Shown here piece after piece: positions 25,034-33,232 of a DNA stretch of 33,232 bases (within the stretch, counting starts at the first letter, position 1; every line of letters begins with the position of its first letter). The stretch is from Candidatus Bathyarchaeum sp. (lineage in GTDB: Archaea > Thermoproteota > Bathyarchaeia > Bathyarchaeales > Bathyarchaeaceae): assembly GCA_026014495.1 (NCBI GenBank), contig JAOZIF010000017.1, forward strand, positions 1-33,232, in the 5' to 3' direction. Both the position numbers and the translations under genes were made by a program. Under the pieces are notes generated by a model. It saw nothing but the letters and a program-made list of their open reading frames with translations. It searched no databases and was not told the DNA's origin.

Positions 25034-26005
25034 ATGGGAAATCTGACAGTTGCAGTTCTCGGCAAACTAGGTTACAGTAGTAGTTTAGGAAAAAAGGGCA
25101 CTTCAACAGACATCACGCTGTATAATCTAAAGAAGGGCGAAGATACGATAACCTTTGTGGAGCCTACACGCTACCCTGAGCGTCTAGCGCCGCTATTCTA
25201 CGTTTGTTCCTTAGCCAAAAAAGCCGTAGTTATAGTTGATGAACTAAATGCAAACTTAGGGGAGCAACTTGTGATGCTCCAGTGTTGTGGAATAAGTAGT
25301 GGCTATTTTGTACTTCGAAACTATATTTCTCAAGATAAAATTGAACCTCTCTTAAAGGGCACAATTCTGGAAAAATACACATTTGTCGCCGACGACCCAA
25401 CTGAACTAAAAGCCGCACTTTTAGCTGAAGCAGAACAAATGAAGCCACAAACATCAGTGGATAATGAACAAGTTTTGGGAATTGTGCCCGTGGATCACAC
25501 TTTCAACGTGAAAGGCATAGGCGTTGTAATCTTGGGCGTAGTCGCAAATGGCGTAATCAAGAAGCATGACGTAATGAATGTGCTACCAGGAACAAAGACA
25601 ACACAGATTCGTTCCATTCAAAAACATGATGATGATTTTGACTCTGCATCAGAGGGCGACAGGGTGGGGCTTGCGCTCAAAAACGTCAAGGTAGAAGATG
25701 TTGATAGAGGCACAGTGCTAACAAACGACCCAGCAGTTAAAGATTCCAAACTGATTAAAGCACGTGCTTCGCTTGTCAAGTACTGGTCTGCCCCATTATC
25801 TGCTGGAATGGTGCTGCATGTGGGACATTGGATGCAGGTGCTTAACAGCAAAGTTGAAGCAGTCAACGATGAAGGTGACTGGCGCAAACCGACTTTAACG
25901 TTGAGCTTGGAAAAAGAGATTGTGCACAGTCCGGATGATGTGGCTGTTTTGATGTATCTAGAAGGCGGAAAACTGCGTGTAGCAGGTACCATCGGTTTGC
26001 CCTAA
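25034..26005 (+). CDS. EF-Tu/SelB-like protein with degenerate G domain
   Basis: Clear domain II (PVDHTFNVKGIGVVILG...IRSIQKHD...GDRVGLALKNV) and domain III. P-loop region LGKLGYSSSLGKKGT is non-canonical; no DxxG or NKxD. Confidence 0.8.
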   Translation: MGNLTVAVLGKLGYSSSLGKKGTSTDITLYNLKKGEDTITFVEPTRYPERLAPLFYVCSLAKKAVVIVDELNANLGEQLVMLQCCGISSGYFVLRNYISQDKIEPLLKGTILEKYTFVADDPTELKAALLAEAEQMKPQTSVDNEQVLGIVPVDHTFNVKGIGVVILGVVANGVIKKHDVMNVLPGTKTTQIRSIQKHDDDFDSASEGDRVGLALKNVKVEDVDRGTVLTNDPAVKDSKLIKARASLVKYWSAPLSAGMVLHVGHWMQVLNSKVEAVNDEGDWRKPTLTLSLEKEIVHSPDDVAVLMYLEGGKLRVAGTIGLP

Positions 26006-26076
26006 ATGCTTTTGTTTTCTTGTTGTTTGCAGTGTACAAGATAAGCTAGTAGTTTAAAAAACAAAAAAATCGGATG

Positions 26077-26100
26077 ATGAGGACTACAAAATGTCCTCAT
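26077..26100 (-). terminator. hairpin between convergent genes, probable ftsZ terminator
   Basis: Perfect 8-bp stem ATGAGGAC-N8-GTCCTCAT, followed on the minus strand by TTTTTTTGTTTTT. Confidence 0.55.
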
Positions 26101-26134
26101 GCGTTCTAGATTAGAGGTGTTTTTGGTGTTGGGG

Positions 26135-27211
26135 TTACCACGGCAGTTTGAAGCGTCCTAGCTTCTTTTTCTGCGTTTTGAGGAATGCGCTGTCTACTCC
26201 AGTTATGACTACCATGACGTTAGCGCGGCCTTTTAGGTTCGGATCGACTTTTGCTCCCCAGATAACTTTTGATTTTGGTGGCATGTATCGTTTGATCAGT
26301 TCTCCTCCACGATGGACTTCTTCGAGAGTCATGTCTTCTCCGCCTGAGATGTGTATCAGTACTCCGCGAGCCTTTGTGATGTCTTCAACGTCAAGTAAGC
26401 GCTCATTCAAAGCTCTTTCAACTGCGTGCTCTACTTTGCCTTCATCTTTTCCTTGACCAATTCCAATTGATGCAAGTCCTGCATCGTGCATGATTGCTCG
26501 TAAGTCAGCATAGTCTAGGTTGATTAAGCTTGCACTGGTGATGGTTTCAGTTACACCTTTGACGAATTTTCCAATGGTTGTGTTGGCTACACCTAAAGCT
26601 TCTTGGAAAGGCAAGTTACCTGCAAGATGGTTAAGTCTGTCGTTGTCGATTATGACTACTGTATCGCAGTACTGTTTGAGTTGTGTTATCGCGGCTTTTG
26701 CTGCACCCATTCTTGCAGTTTCAATCTGGAAGGGAAGTGTTGCTACACCAACAACCAGACGGGGAACTGGATCGTTCTCGAATTTTTTGTGTAATTGTCT
26801 TGCAAGCTCAACAATGCCTCCTGTTCCGGTTCCTCCACCTAAACCAGCTACGATAAATAGGATGTTTGAATTTTCAACTTCAGTGAAGACCTCTTTGATG
26901 CTTTCGTTCATTGCTTGTTCTCCGACTTTTGGGTAACCTCCGCATCCTAGGCCTTTGCATGTTTTTTCGCCTATCAAAATTCGTCTGTCAGCTTCACTAA
27001 TACTGAGATGGTTTGCATCTGTGTTAACTGAAATTAGTCTGCCGCCAGCTACGCCTTCTTGTTTTACCCAAGAGATGATGTTGCATCCGGCTCCACCGAT
27101 TCCTATAGCCATGACTGAAGGCTTTGAAGCTGCTGCTAATTGTTCTAATTTTTCTTGGTCCGCACGCATGTTTGCTCGCGCGAGGATTAACTGTCTTTCT
27201 AAATCTTTCAT
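26135..27211 (-). CDS. ftsZ: cell division GTPase FtsZ (FtsZ2-like)
   Basis: GIGGAGCN, NTDANHL, GLGGGTGTG tubulin signature, DNDRL, and intact T7 loop SLINLDYADL. Confidence 0.93.
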   Translation of the reverse strand: MKDLERQLILARANMRADQEKLEQLAAASKPSVMAIGIGGAGCNIISWVKQEGVAGGRLISVNTDANHLSISEADRRILIGEKTCKGLGCGGYPKVGEQAMNESIKEVFTEVENSNILFIVAGLGGGTGTGGIVELARQLHKKFENDPVPRLVVGVATLPFQIETARMGAAKAAITQLKQYCDTVVIIDNDRLNHLAGNLPFQEALGVANTTIGKFVKGVTETITSASLINLDYADLRAIMHDAGLASIGIGQGKDEGKVEHAVERALNERLLDVEDITKARGVLIHISGGEDMTLEEVHRGGELIKRYMPPKSKVIWGAKVDPNLKGRANVMVVITGVDSAFLKTQKKKLGRFKLPW

Positions 27212-27432
27212 TTCATGTGTTGTTTGTGACGTTTGAGTCTCCCACCTATGATTGTTTTTGGTTTTATTGTGATTAGTAATCTTGCCGCAGGATATAAATA
27301 TTACGTCTTAAGACTTAAGATAGGTGTAAAGGTTATAAAATCCCTTTCACATATATCGATTTTTGATATATTCTAGAAAAAGAAATGTTTTTTTAAATGT
27401 TACAAACACCTGAACCAATCTAGGGAAACGCT

Positions 27433-27843
27433 ATGAACAACCTCAGTCTGATGAAAGACTTTGCAAGCACATTCGTAGGGGACGACTTCTATCTAATCAT
27501 CAAATCAGACAACATTGGCGTTATAGTTCACACAATAGAAATAATACAAAAAACAGACAACACATGCCAACTCAAAGACATACCAATAGGAGAGTACTTT
27601 TTCAGAATACTAGCAGTTGACGTAAACAACAAACAAGCATACATTTTGTGCACATGGAGTGAACAACTCTTGCAAAACTTACTAACGCAACGCCTACGAG
27701 CCAAGGAGGCAGGCTATAACAAAATCACCATGATTAAAGACACACGTGAAAACTCGAACGACTGGATTTTAACATGGGGCGATGTAGCAATAAACAGCAG
27801 AACAGACAAGGCACCAAAAACACAATTAACCTACATCTATTAG
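27433..27843 (+). CDS. hypothetical protein
   Basis: 136-aa ORF with GGGA RBS-like sequence, divergent from ftsZ; no motif recognised. Confidence 0.55.
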   Translation: MNNLSLMKDFASTFVGDDFYLIIKSDNIGVIVHTIEIIQKTDNTCQLKDIPIGEYFFRILAVDVNNKQAYILCTWSEQLLQNLLTQRLRAKEAGYNKITMIKDTRENSNDWILTWGDVAINSRTDKAPKTQLTYIY

Positions 27844-27939
27844 CGGCTTCACTTTTTCTTTTTTTCCACTTAAAGGGCTGTTACTAACGACTAACACAGG
27901 ATTTAATGCGTAAAAACAAAAAAAGGGAAAAATAAAGGG

Positions 27940-27969
27940 AACCCTTGGCTCTTCGCGAGCTAAAGGGTT
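27940..27969. terminator. hairpin with T-tracts on both strands (possible bidirectional terminator)
   Basis: AACCCTTGGCTC-TTCGC-GAGCTAAAGGGTT; T-run follows on plus and a long T-rich tract follows on minus; between convergent genes. Confidence 0.55.
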
Positions 27970-27982
27970 TTTTAAGAGCATG

Positions 27983-28549
27983 TCAGACCGCTTTCACAAT
28001 GGTTTCTGTAGCGTAGAGTGATTGCCCCGTAGAGATCGTTACTCGCACAGGCGTGCCTACGTCGTAGACTATGAGATTTCCCGGGTTGACAATAAAGAAC
28101 AACATCGTCCATCCTGGCTGAAGAATCAAGTTTTCTGAAACCACAGTGAAGTCATAGGCCACACCATCTAGTGTTAACGTGTTTGAACCTGTTTGATTAA
28201 AGTTTGAAACGTATTCTATGTTAGTAGATAGAACGCCCTCTACTTTGGTATATAGTACGAAAGTTTCTGTTCCATTCCAGGTGCTCTCTTGCCCTTTGAT
28301 TGTGACTTTGTTAAGTACAATATCTGTTTCACCCGTGTTGGTTACAAGCAGACTGCCAAGAGAAGTCGTTGTGTTTTTGTACCATACAGCAACGTTTGAC
28401 AAATACATGTCTTCTTGCTGTATCCTTGTTCCTGCAATGTTAAGCGCAAAGGTTGACCCTACGCCCGCCAACAGCACACCAGCTACTAGCAAAATCAAGC
28501 TTGCTACTGCAGTGCTCAAAGCTTTCTTGTTTTTGAGAAGTCTTCTCAT
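27983..28549 (-). CDS. archaeal type IV pilin-like protein (class III signal peptide)
   Basis: MRRLLKNKKA/LSTAVASLILLVAGVLLAGV: basic leader, KA cleavage site and hydrophobic N-helix, then a beta-rich domain (LLVTNTGETDIVLNKVTI). Confidence 0.8.
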   Translation of the reverse strand: MRRLLKNKKALSTAVASLILLVAGVLLAGVGSTFALNIAGTRIQQEDMYLSNVAVWYKNTTTSLGSLLVTNTGETDIVLNKVTIKGQESTWNGTETFVLYTKVEGVLSTNIEYVSNFNQTGSNTLTLDGVAYDFTVVSENLILQPGWTMLFFIVNPGNLIVYDVGTPVRVTISTGQSLYATETIVKAV

Positions 28550-28561
28550 TCATGTTTCCCC

Positions 28562-28843
28562 CTATACGTTCGTTGAAGAATCTAGTTTGGTCAGAAACTC
28601 CGGAGGCGCTGTTTTGCATTTCTTTGGGTCTTTGTTGGAGATGTAAAGGTACGTCAATGATCTATTTTGGTAGATTATTCTTGCTCCGTTCTGTTTTTTG
28701 GCGTATTTTAGCAGGTCTAAATACTGTTGGGCAGTACCCTTTAACACGAAAGCCATGTAGAAAAATGGCTCCGCAGTGTCTTCTATATTGTTGACTGTTT
28801 TCAATCTTTCCTTCCTTCCTTCAATCGTCCCTTGATGCGGCAT
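28562..28843 (-). CDS. small hypothetical protein upstream of pilin
   Basis: ATG 28843 (ORF track 28861); stop is 12 bp before the pilin start, suggesting an operon. Confidence 0.5.
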   Translation of the reverse strand: MPHQGTIEGRKERLKTVNNIEDTAEPFFYMAFVLKGTAQQYLDLLKYAKKQNGARIIYQNRSLTYLYISNKDPKKCKTAPPEFLTKLDSSTNV

Positions 28844-29079
28844 CTTGTGCCACCACCCCAAAGGCGTAGCATATCTTAAGACATAATACTTAATAAATAT
28901 TTCTTATTCACATTCACAATCAATATAAAAAATACAACAAAAAACAGAGAATAATCGACTACACTAAACAACTCTGTCCACATCGCACACCCAAAAAACA
29001 CAGACACAAACAACAAACATAAAACAATGAAACCCAAAGTTCAGGCTTGAAAATTCGCCTAAACATAAAAGCAAATAGC

Positions 29080-29493
29080 TTACAGTTTTTTGACTGTTTT
29101 TAATATAGAAACTTTGATCTGGCTGATGTGCTCATTTGTTCGAAAAGCTTCCACCAGTTTTCTAATGTTATCTGCTTCTCCTTTCACTACTATTACTTCT
29201 AGACAGTGGTCTTCGTCTATGTGTGCATGAAGAAAAGTTGAGATTATGTCTCCAAAACTGTGCTGAATTTCGGAGATTTGCCCCTTTGTTGTTTCGCGTT
29301 CATATATGATTGTTATTGAAGCTGCAATTTCTCCATCAAGTTCCTTGAGGCTTCTGGTTTCCATGATGAATGTTCGCAGAGCTTGCCGGATAATTTCTGA
29401 TCTGTTCGCGAATCCCTGTTCTTTGATGGATGTTTCTACACGTTCCAGTAGTTTTTCTGGGACTGAGACGCTGATAATGGTCACGCCATGCAC
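29080..29493 (-). CDS. nikR: second NikR-family RHH regulator
   Basis: IISVSVPEKLL...FANRSEIIRQALR RHH; metal site QHSF...HAH...HCLE; divergent from the ABC transporter. Confidence 0.85.
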   Translation of the reverse strand: MHGVTIISVSVPEKLLERVETSIKEQGFANRSEIIRQALRTFIMETRSLKELDGEIAASITIIYERETTKGQISEIQHSFGDIISTFLHAHIDEDHCLEVIVVKGEADNIRKLVEAFRTNEHISQIKVSILKTVKKL

Positions 29494-29494
29494 C

Positions 29495-29519
29495 GTGTTA
29501 TTAACTTATCAGGTCATAC
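29495..29519. promoter_or_regulatory. candidate NikR-type operator GTGTTA-N13-TCATAC
   Basis: Lies between the shared AT-rich TATA region (about 29520-29535) and the nikR2 start; the right half-site equals the E. coli NikR half-site TCATAC. Confidence 0.28.
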
Positions 29520-29600
29520 TTAAATATATTTTATTAAAAAATAGCAAAAATTTAATAAATACATGCTGTTCAAATATTAAACAACAAAAGGTATCAGCAC

Positions 29601-30545
29601 ATGAATAAACGCCAAAAACTCTTTGTGGCAACAACAATAATAATTATCCTGATGACGGTTTTTGTCACGGCTTTTTACTCACAACAAAACAAAACGGCAG
29701 ATGAAAATAAACTGCAGGTCGTAGCCACATTTTATCCTCTTGCCTTTTTTGCCCAGCAGATAGGCGGAGACAAAACAGTAGTTAACCAGCTCATACCAGA
29801 CAATACCGAAGTGCACAATTGGCAGCCATCATTCGCTGACATTTTAGCCATAGACGAAGCAGATGTTATCATATACAATGGGGCATCGCTTGACCACTGG
29901 TTTGAGGACGATGTACTTCCTGTTATTGATTCTAGCAACAAGATAATAGTAGAAACCACCAAAGGCATACAGCTCCTGCAAGCGGAACAAGAAAATGAGG
30001 ACCATGAACACGAGGGAAACTATGACCCTCACACGTGGATAAGCCCATTCATAGCACAACAGCAAGCCCAAAACATATACGAAGCACTAATCAAAAAGGA
30101 CCCAGACAACATTGACTACTATGCTGAGCGTTGGCAAAACCTGAAAACACGGTTTGAAGAACTAGACGCCAACTTCGTCAGTGGTCTTTCAACAAAATGT
30201 AAAGATGTTATTTTTGTGTCCCATTCTGCGTTTGGATATCTCGCCGACAGATACAACTTTGAACAACATGGAGTCATAGGAATCTCTGCAGATGAACAAC
30301 CAAGCGCCTCAAAATATGCCGACATTGTGGAAACGATGATAGAGCATGAAACATACGTGATTTATGTTGACCCAGTTTACGGAAACGAATCCGCCCAAAC
30401 CCTCAAAAACGAGCTAGAGCGCCTTTCTGGTCAAGATGTGCAGATACTAAAGCTATACTTTATGCTTGGCGAGATGGATAATTTAAATTACTTTGAGCAA
30501 CAGGAAAAAAACTTGGAAAACCTGAAGACAGGACTTGATGCATAA
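29601..30545 (+). CDS. znuA: Zn/Mn ABC transporter substrate-binding protein (ZnuA/TroA family)
   Basis: VVATFYPL, EVHNWQP, short acidic/His loop EDHEHE, DPHTWISP, SHSAFGY, DEQPS; N-terminal membrane anchor. Confidence 0.9.
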   Translation: MNKRQKLFVATTIIIILMTVFVTAFYSQQNKTADENKLQVVATFYPLAFFAQQIGGDKTVVNQLIPDNTEVHNWQPSFADILAIDEADVIIYNGASLDHWFEDDVLPVIDSSNKIIVETTKGIQLLQAEQENEDHEHEGNYDPHTWISPFIAQQQAQNIYEALIKKDPDNIDYYAERWQNLKTRFEELDANFVSGLSTKCKDVIFVSHSAFGYLADRYNFEQHGVIGISADEQPSASKYADIVETMIEHETYVIYVDPVYGNESAQTLKNELERLSGQDVQILKLYFMLGEMDNLNYFEQQEKNLENLKTGLDA

Positions 30546-30567
30546 CCAATAAGAAAGTTGAAATGAA

Positions 30568-31377
30568 ATGCCAGATAATACTCAAGTGACCTCCATGCAA
30601 CAAAAAACGCCTGTGCTAGAAGTTTCAAACCTCTACGTAGATAGGTCAAATTCTGTTGTTATTGAAGATGCCAACTTCACAATCCATAAAGGAGATTACG
30701 TTGGCATAGTCGGCCCAAATGGAGGAGGCAAAACAACTCTTCTTTTAGCCATCCTAAACATCATACCTAAAACTAAAGGAACAATTCGCCTCTTTGGGCA
30801 AGACACACAATCATTTTCGCACTGGGAAAAAGTGGCTTATGTTCCTCAGCATGCAATTAATTTTGATCCACATTTTCCATTAGCTGTTAGAGAATTAGTG
30901 GCTCTGGGCAGAGTGAACAAAAACAACTTAGGAAAAACCTTGAAACAAAATGACTGGAAAGCTGTGGATGATGCTCTTGAGTTCATGGGAATATCTGAAA
31001 TCGCAAACAAACGAATTGGGCAACTTTCTGGAGGACAAAAACAACGAGTTTTTGTAGCAAAAGCATTGGTGAGAAAGCCAGAAATAATTTTACTGGATGA
31101 ACCAATAGTTGGAGTAGACGCGCAGACTCAAGAGAAATTTTACAAGAAACTCAGCGACCTAAATATTGCAAAGGGCATAACAATCCTTTTAGTTACTCAT
31201 GACTTGACAGCTGTTTTTTGCAGGATGTCTAAAGTTATGTGCATGAATCGTTGGGTTAACGTAGCTGAAATAACTAAAGATGTCAAACCTGAGGAGGTTC
31301 TAAGCAAAGCCTACGGTGAACATTTCCACTTTGTATTTCACCAGCATGAATGTAAACGGGTTTTTGAAGATGAATGA
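30568..31377 (+). CDS. znuC: Zn/Mn ABC transporter ATPase
   Basis: GPNGGGKTT, LSGGQKQRV, LLDEP, VTHD; His-rich tail HFHFVFHQHEC. Confidence 0.92.
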   Translation: MPDNTQVTSMQQKTPVLEVSNLYVDRSNSVVIEDANFTIHKGDYVGIVGPNGGGKTTLLLAILNIIPKTKGTIRLFGQDTQSFSHWEKVAYVPQHAINFDPHFPLAVRELVALGRVNKNNLGKTLKQNDWKAVDDALEFMGISEIANKRIGQLSGGQKQRVFVAKALVRKPEIILLDEPIVGVDAQTQEKFYKKLSDLNIAKGITILLVTHDLTAVFCRMSKVMCMNRWVNVAEITKDVKPEEVLSKAYGEHFHFVFHQHECKRVFEDE

Positions 31378-32188
31378 ACTAGTTGATGTCTTCAGACTTT
31401 TTGAGTTCCAGTTCTTCCAGAATGCACTCCTAGGAGGAACCATAGCAGCTTTGGCTTGTGCATGGGTTGGACTGTTTTTGATACTGCGAAAAGAGGCAAT
31501 GATAGGCGATGGAATAGCACACACAGCCTTCGGAGGCATAGCATTAGGGTTACTGCTGCAAGTCAACCCAATATTTACTGCTTTGCTGGTTTCTATTCTA
31601 GCCGTTTTAGGCATATCATACATGAAAAAAAAGGGGCTGGCCCAGTCAGACTCTGCAATAGCCGTAATGATGGCAGTAGGCTTCTCCACTGGCCTAATAA
31701 TAATAAGCTTGGCTGGCGGATTCAATGTTGAGCTTTTCAGTTTTCTGTTTGGCTCAATTCTCACCATCGACCAAACAGATCTTATAATAGTGTCAATTCT
31801 TGGAATATCAACAATAATCGTTCTGGGAATATTCTACAAAGAGCTACTTTCCATGACCTTCGACGAGCAAGGCGCCAGATTAATGGGCATACCAGTAAAA
31901 CCTTTGGCTTTAGCGTTCAACTTGCTGGTGGCAATCACAATTGTGCTGTCCATAAAAGTAATAGGAGTAATTCTTGTTGTCGCACTCCTAGTGTTACCTG
32001 GACTCTCTGCCCTTCAACTGAACATATCATTCAAAAAAACAACACTAGCTGCCATCCTCTTCGGAACACTCAGCATGATTACAGGCATACTGCTTTCAAC
32101 AATTTACAATGTAGCAACGAGCGGCATCATAGTTTTCACTGCAGCAGGAATCTTCCTGTTTACAGCGATTTACAGAAAACTAGAGTAA
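31370..32188 (+). CDS. znuB: Zn/Mn ABC transporter permease
   Basis: GDGIAHTAFGG, FLFGSILTI, KVIGVILVVALL. ATG 31370 overlaps the znuC stop (ATGAATGA), so the ORF-track 31316 start looks over-extended. Confidence 0.92.
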   Translation: MNELVDVFRLFEFQFFQNALLGGTIAALACAWVGLFLILRKEAMIGDGIAHTAFGGIALGLLLQVNPIFTALLVSILAVLGISYMKKKGLAQSDSAIAVMMAVGFSTGLIIISLAGGFNVELFSFLFGSILTIDQTDLIIVSILGISTIIVLGIFYKELLSMTFDEQGARLMGIPVKPLALAFNLLVAITIVLSIKVIGVILVVALLVLPGLSALQLNISFKKTTLAAILFGTLSMITGILLSTIYNVATSGIIVFTAAGIFLFTAIYRKLE

Positions 32189-32221
32189 AAAAATGTGGAT
32201 TACCAAAAGACCTGTTGCGGG

Positions 32222-32662
32222 TTACACTTTAACTCTAAAGTCTTCTTTGACTACATTGAGTACAACATTTGTGACTGTTCGGGTGACGTGAGGCATTTTC
32301 AGTGCAGATTTTATAAAGTTGTTTAAGGTGTTCCTGTTTTTGAATCTTGCAACTACGGCTACGTCATAGTCTCCGGTTATGTCGTATATGCATATGACCT
32401 CGTCTAGTTTAGCAAGCTCTTTTTCAACATCAGGGAGATAGCGTCCTTCTGCCTCAATTAGTATCAGGGCTGTTAATCCGTAGCCGAGTTTAGCTGAGTC
32501 TAGCATTATTGTGTAGCCTTTTAGGACTCCTCTATCTTCTAGGTTCTTTACGCGGTTGTATGCTGTTCCAACAGCTATGCCGAGGCCGTCAGCTATTTTG
32601 TTGAAACTTTTTCTTGCATCCTCTTGTAGTAAACGGATGATTTTGCGGTCTACATCATCCAC
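32222..32662 (-). CDS. Lrp/AsnC family transcriptional regulator
   Basis: MDDVDRKIIRLLQEDARKSFNKIADGLG..VGTAYNRVKNLE HTH plus RAM domain (YDITGDYD). Confidence 0.92.
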   Translation of the reverse strand: MDDVDRKIIRLLQEDARKSFNKIADGLGIAVGTAYNRVKNLEDRGVLKGYTIMLDSAKLGYGLTALILIEAEGRYLPDVEKELAKLDEVICIYDITGDYDVAVVARFKNRNTLNNFIKSALKMPHVTRTVTNVVLNVVKEDFRVKV

Positions 32663-32764
32663 TTTATGATGGGAATCTTGAGCCAGTTTTCTGTTCCTCC
32701 TTTATTGAATGATTGTTTAGGGGATATTTTGCTTTTTTATTTTGCCGTGAACACTTGTTCATTG

Positions 32765-32776
32765 TATGAATTCATA
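32765..32776. promoter_or_regulatory. perfect palindrome TATGAATTCATA in the lrp/glnA divergent intergenic region
   Basis: 12-bp palindrome abutting a TATATAAG box. Confidence 0.3.
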
Positions 32777-32860
32777 TATAAGCTTTCCTTCAATATGTTA
32801 GAAAAGTTTATATACAAACATGTAATAAATTCCATTTCAACTGAATGAATGGTGAATAAC

Positions 32861-33232
32861 ATGGATGCTATTACCGCAGCCAAAGAAACCCTGAAAAAAA
32901 ATAAAATACGATGGGTACACACAGCCTTCGTAGACATCCGCGGTCTAATGCAAGATGTAGTGCTACCCGCAAGACACTTCACGGAAGGACAAGCACTAAC
33001 AGCAGGCATCGGCTTCGACGGATCATCTGTAAGAGGCTTCAAAACAATAAACGAATCCGACATGATTCTAAAACCAGACCCAACAACATTATCCATTATT
33101 CCTTGGACAACTGACGAAATACAAAGAAGTGCAATAATCTTAGGAGATATATACGAAGCGTTCGGAGGCAACGAACCCTCAGTTGTAGACCCCCGAGGAT
33201 ATGTAGCAAGAAACGCAGTAAAAGCAGCAGCA
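32861..33232 (+). CDS. glnA: glutamine synthetase type I, 5' part (runs off the window)
   Basis: Not in the ORF track. Manual translation MDAITAAKETLKKNKIRWVHTAFVDIRG...GIGFDGSSVRGFKTINESDMILKPDPTT...DPRG; GGTGA RBS at 32851-55. Confidence 0.93.
   Translation, partial: MDAITAAKETLKKNKIRWVHTAFVDIRGLMQDVVLPARHFTEGQALTAGIGFDGSSVRGFKTINESDMILKPDPTTLSIIPWTTDEIQRSAIILGDIYEAFGGNEPSVVDPRGYVARNAVKAAA

Noticed and set aside
25034-26005. Selenocysteine system (true SelB)
   Set aside because: GTPase motifs are absent, and no tRNA-Sec, SelD or in-frame TGA selenoprotein candidate was seen.
26074-26130. C/D box sRNA starting at ATGATGA
   Set aside because: No CTGA D box at a suitable distance; the hairpin is better explained as a terminator.
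27305-27314. TCTTAAGA palindrome shared with 28873-28882 as a common ftsZ/pilin operator
   Set aside because: Short AT-rich palindrome on opposite sides of the respective TATA boxes; likely chance.
1-33232. CRISPR array, rRNA, intact transposase or integrase
   Set aside because: No regularly spaced repeats, rRNA-like stretch or DDE/tyrosine recombinase ORF was seen.

Overview
AT-rich archaeal chromosomal window. The archaeal assignment rests on TFB, aIF1/SUI1, an A1-U72 tRNA-Gln, a class III pilin signal peptide and GGTGA ribosome-binding sites; gene style suggests Bathyarchaeia, which is an inference. It is mostly housekeeping and metal-handling genes: two NikR-family regulators, an MBL hydrolase, Mrp/ApbC, two radical-SAM enzymes around a Wzx/MATE flippase, NrdG, tRNA-Glu(CTC), tRNA-Gln(CTG), aIF1, TFB, a PQQ-type beta-propeller surface protein with a divergent TrmB regulator, a REC-5xPAS histidine kinase, a degenerate EF-Tu/SelB-like protein, FtsZ, a lone pilin, a ZnuABC-type transporter, Lrp/AsnC regulators and the 5' part of glnA. 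No CRISPR array, rRNA or intact transposase/integrase is visible. The most unusual signals are: (1) tfb has its Zn ribbon in frame but no ATG/GTG/TTG before it, with ATC at the RBS-defined start position; (2) a duplicated 38-bp element whose palindromic core has a flipped spacer, bracketing nrdG, a 126-nt nested stem-loop, an integrase-like remnant and tRNA-Glu; (3) an ungapped 28-aa C-terminal anchor shared by two unrelated surface proteins; (4) a NikR paralog placed divergently from a ZnuABC-type transporter.
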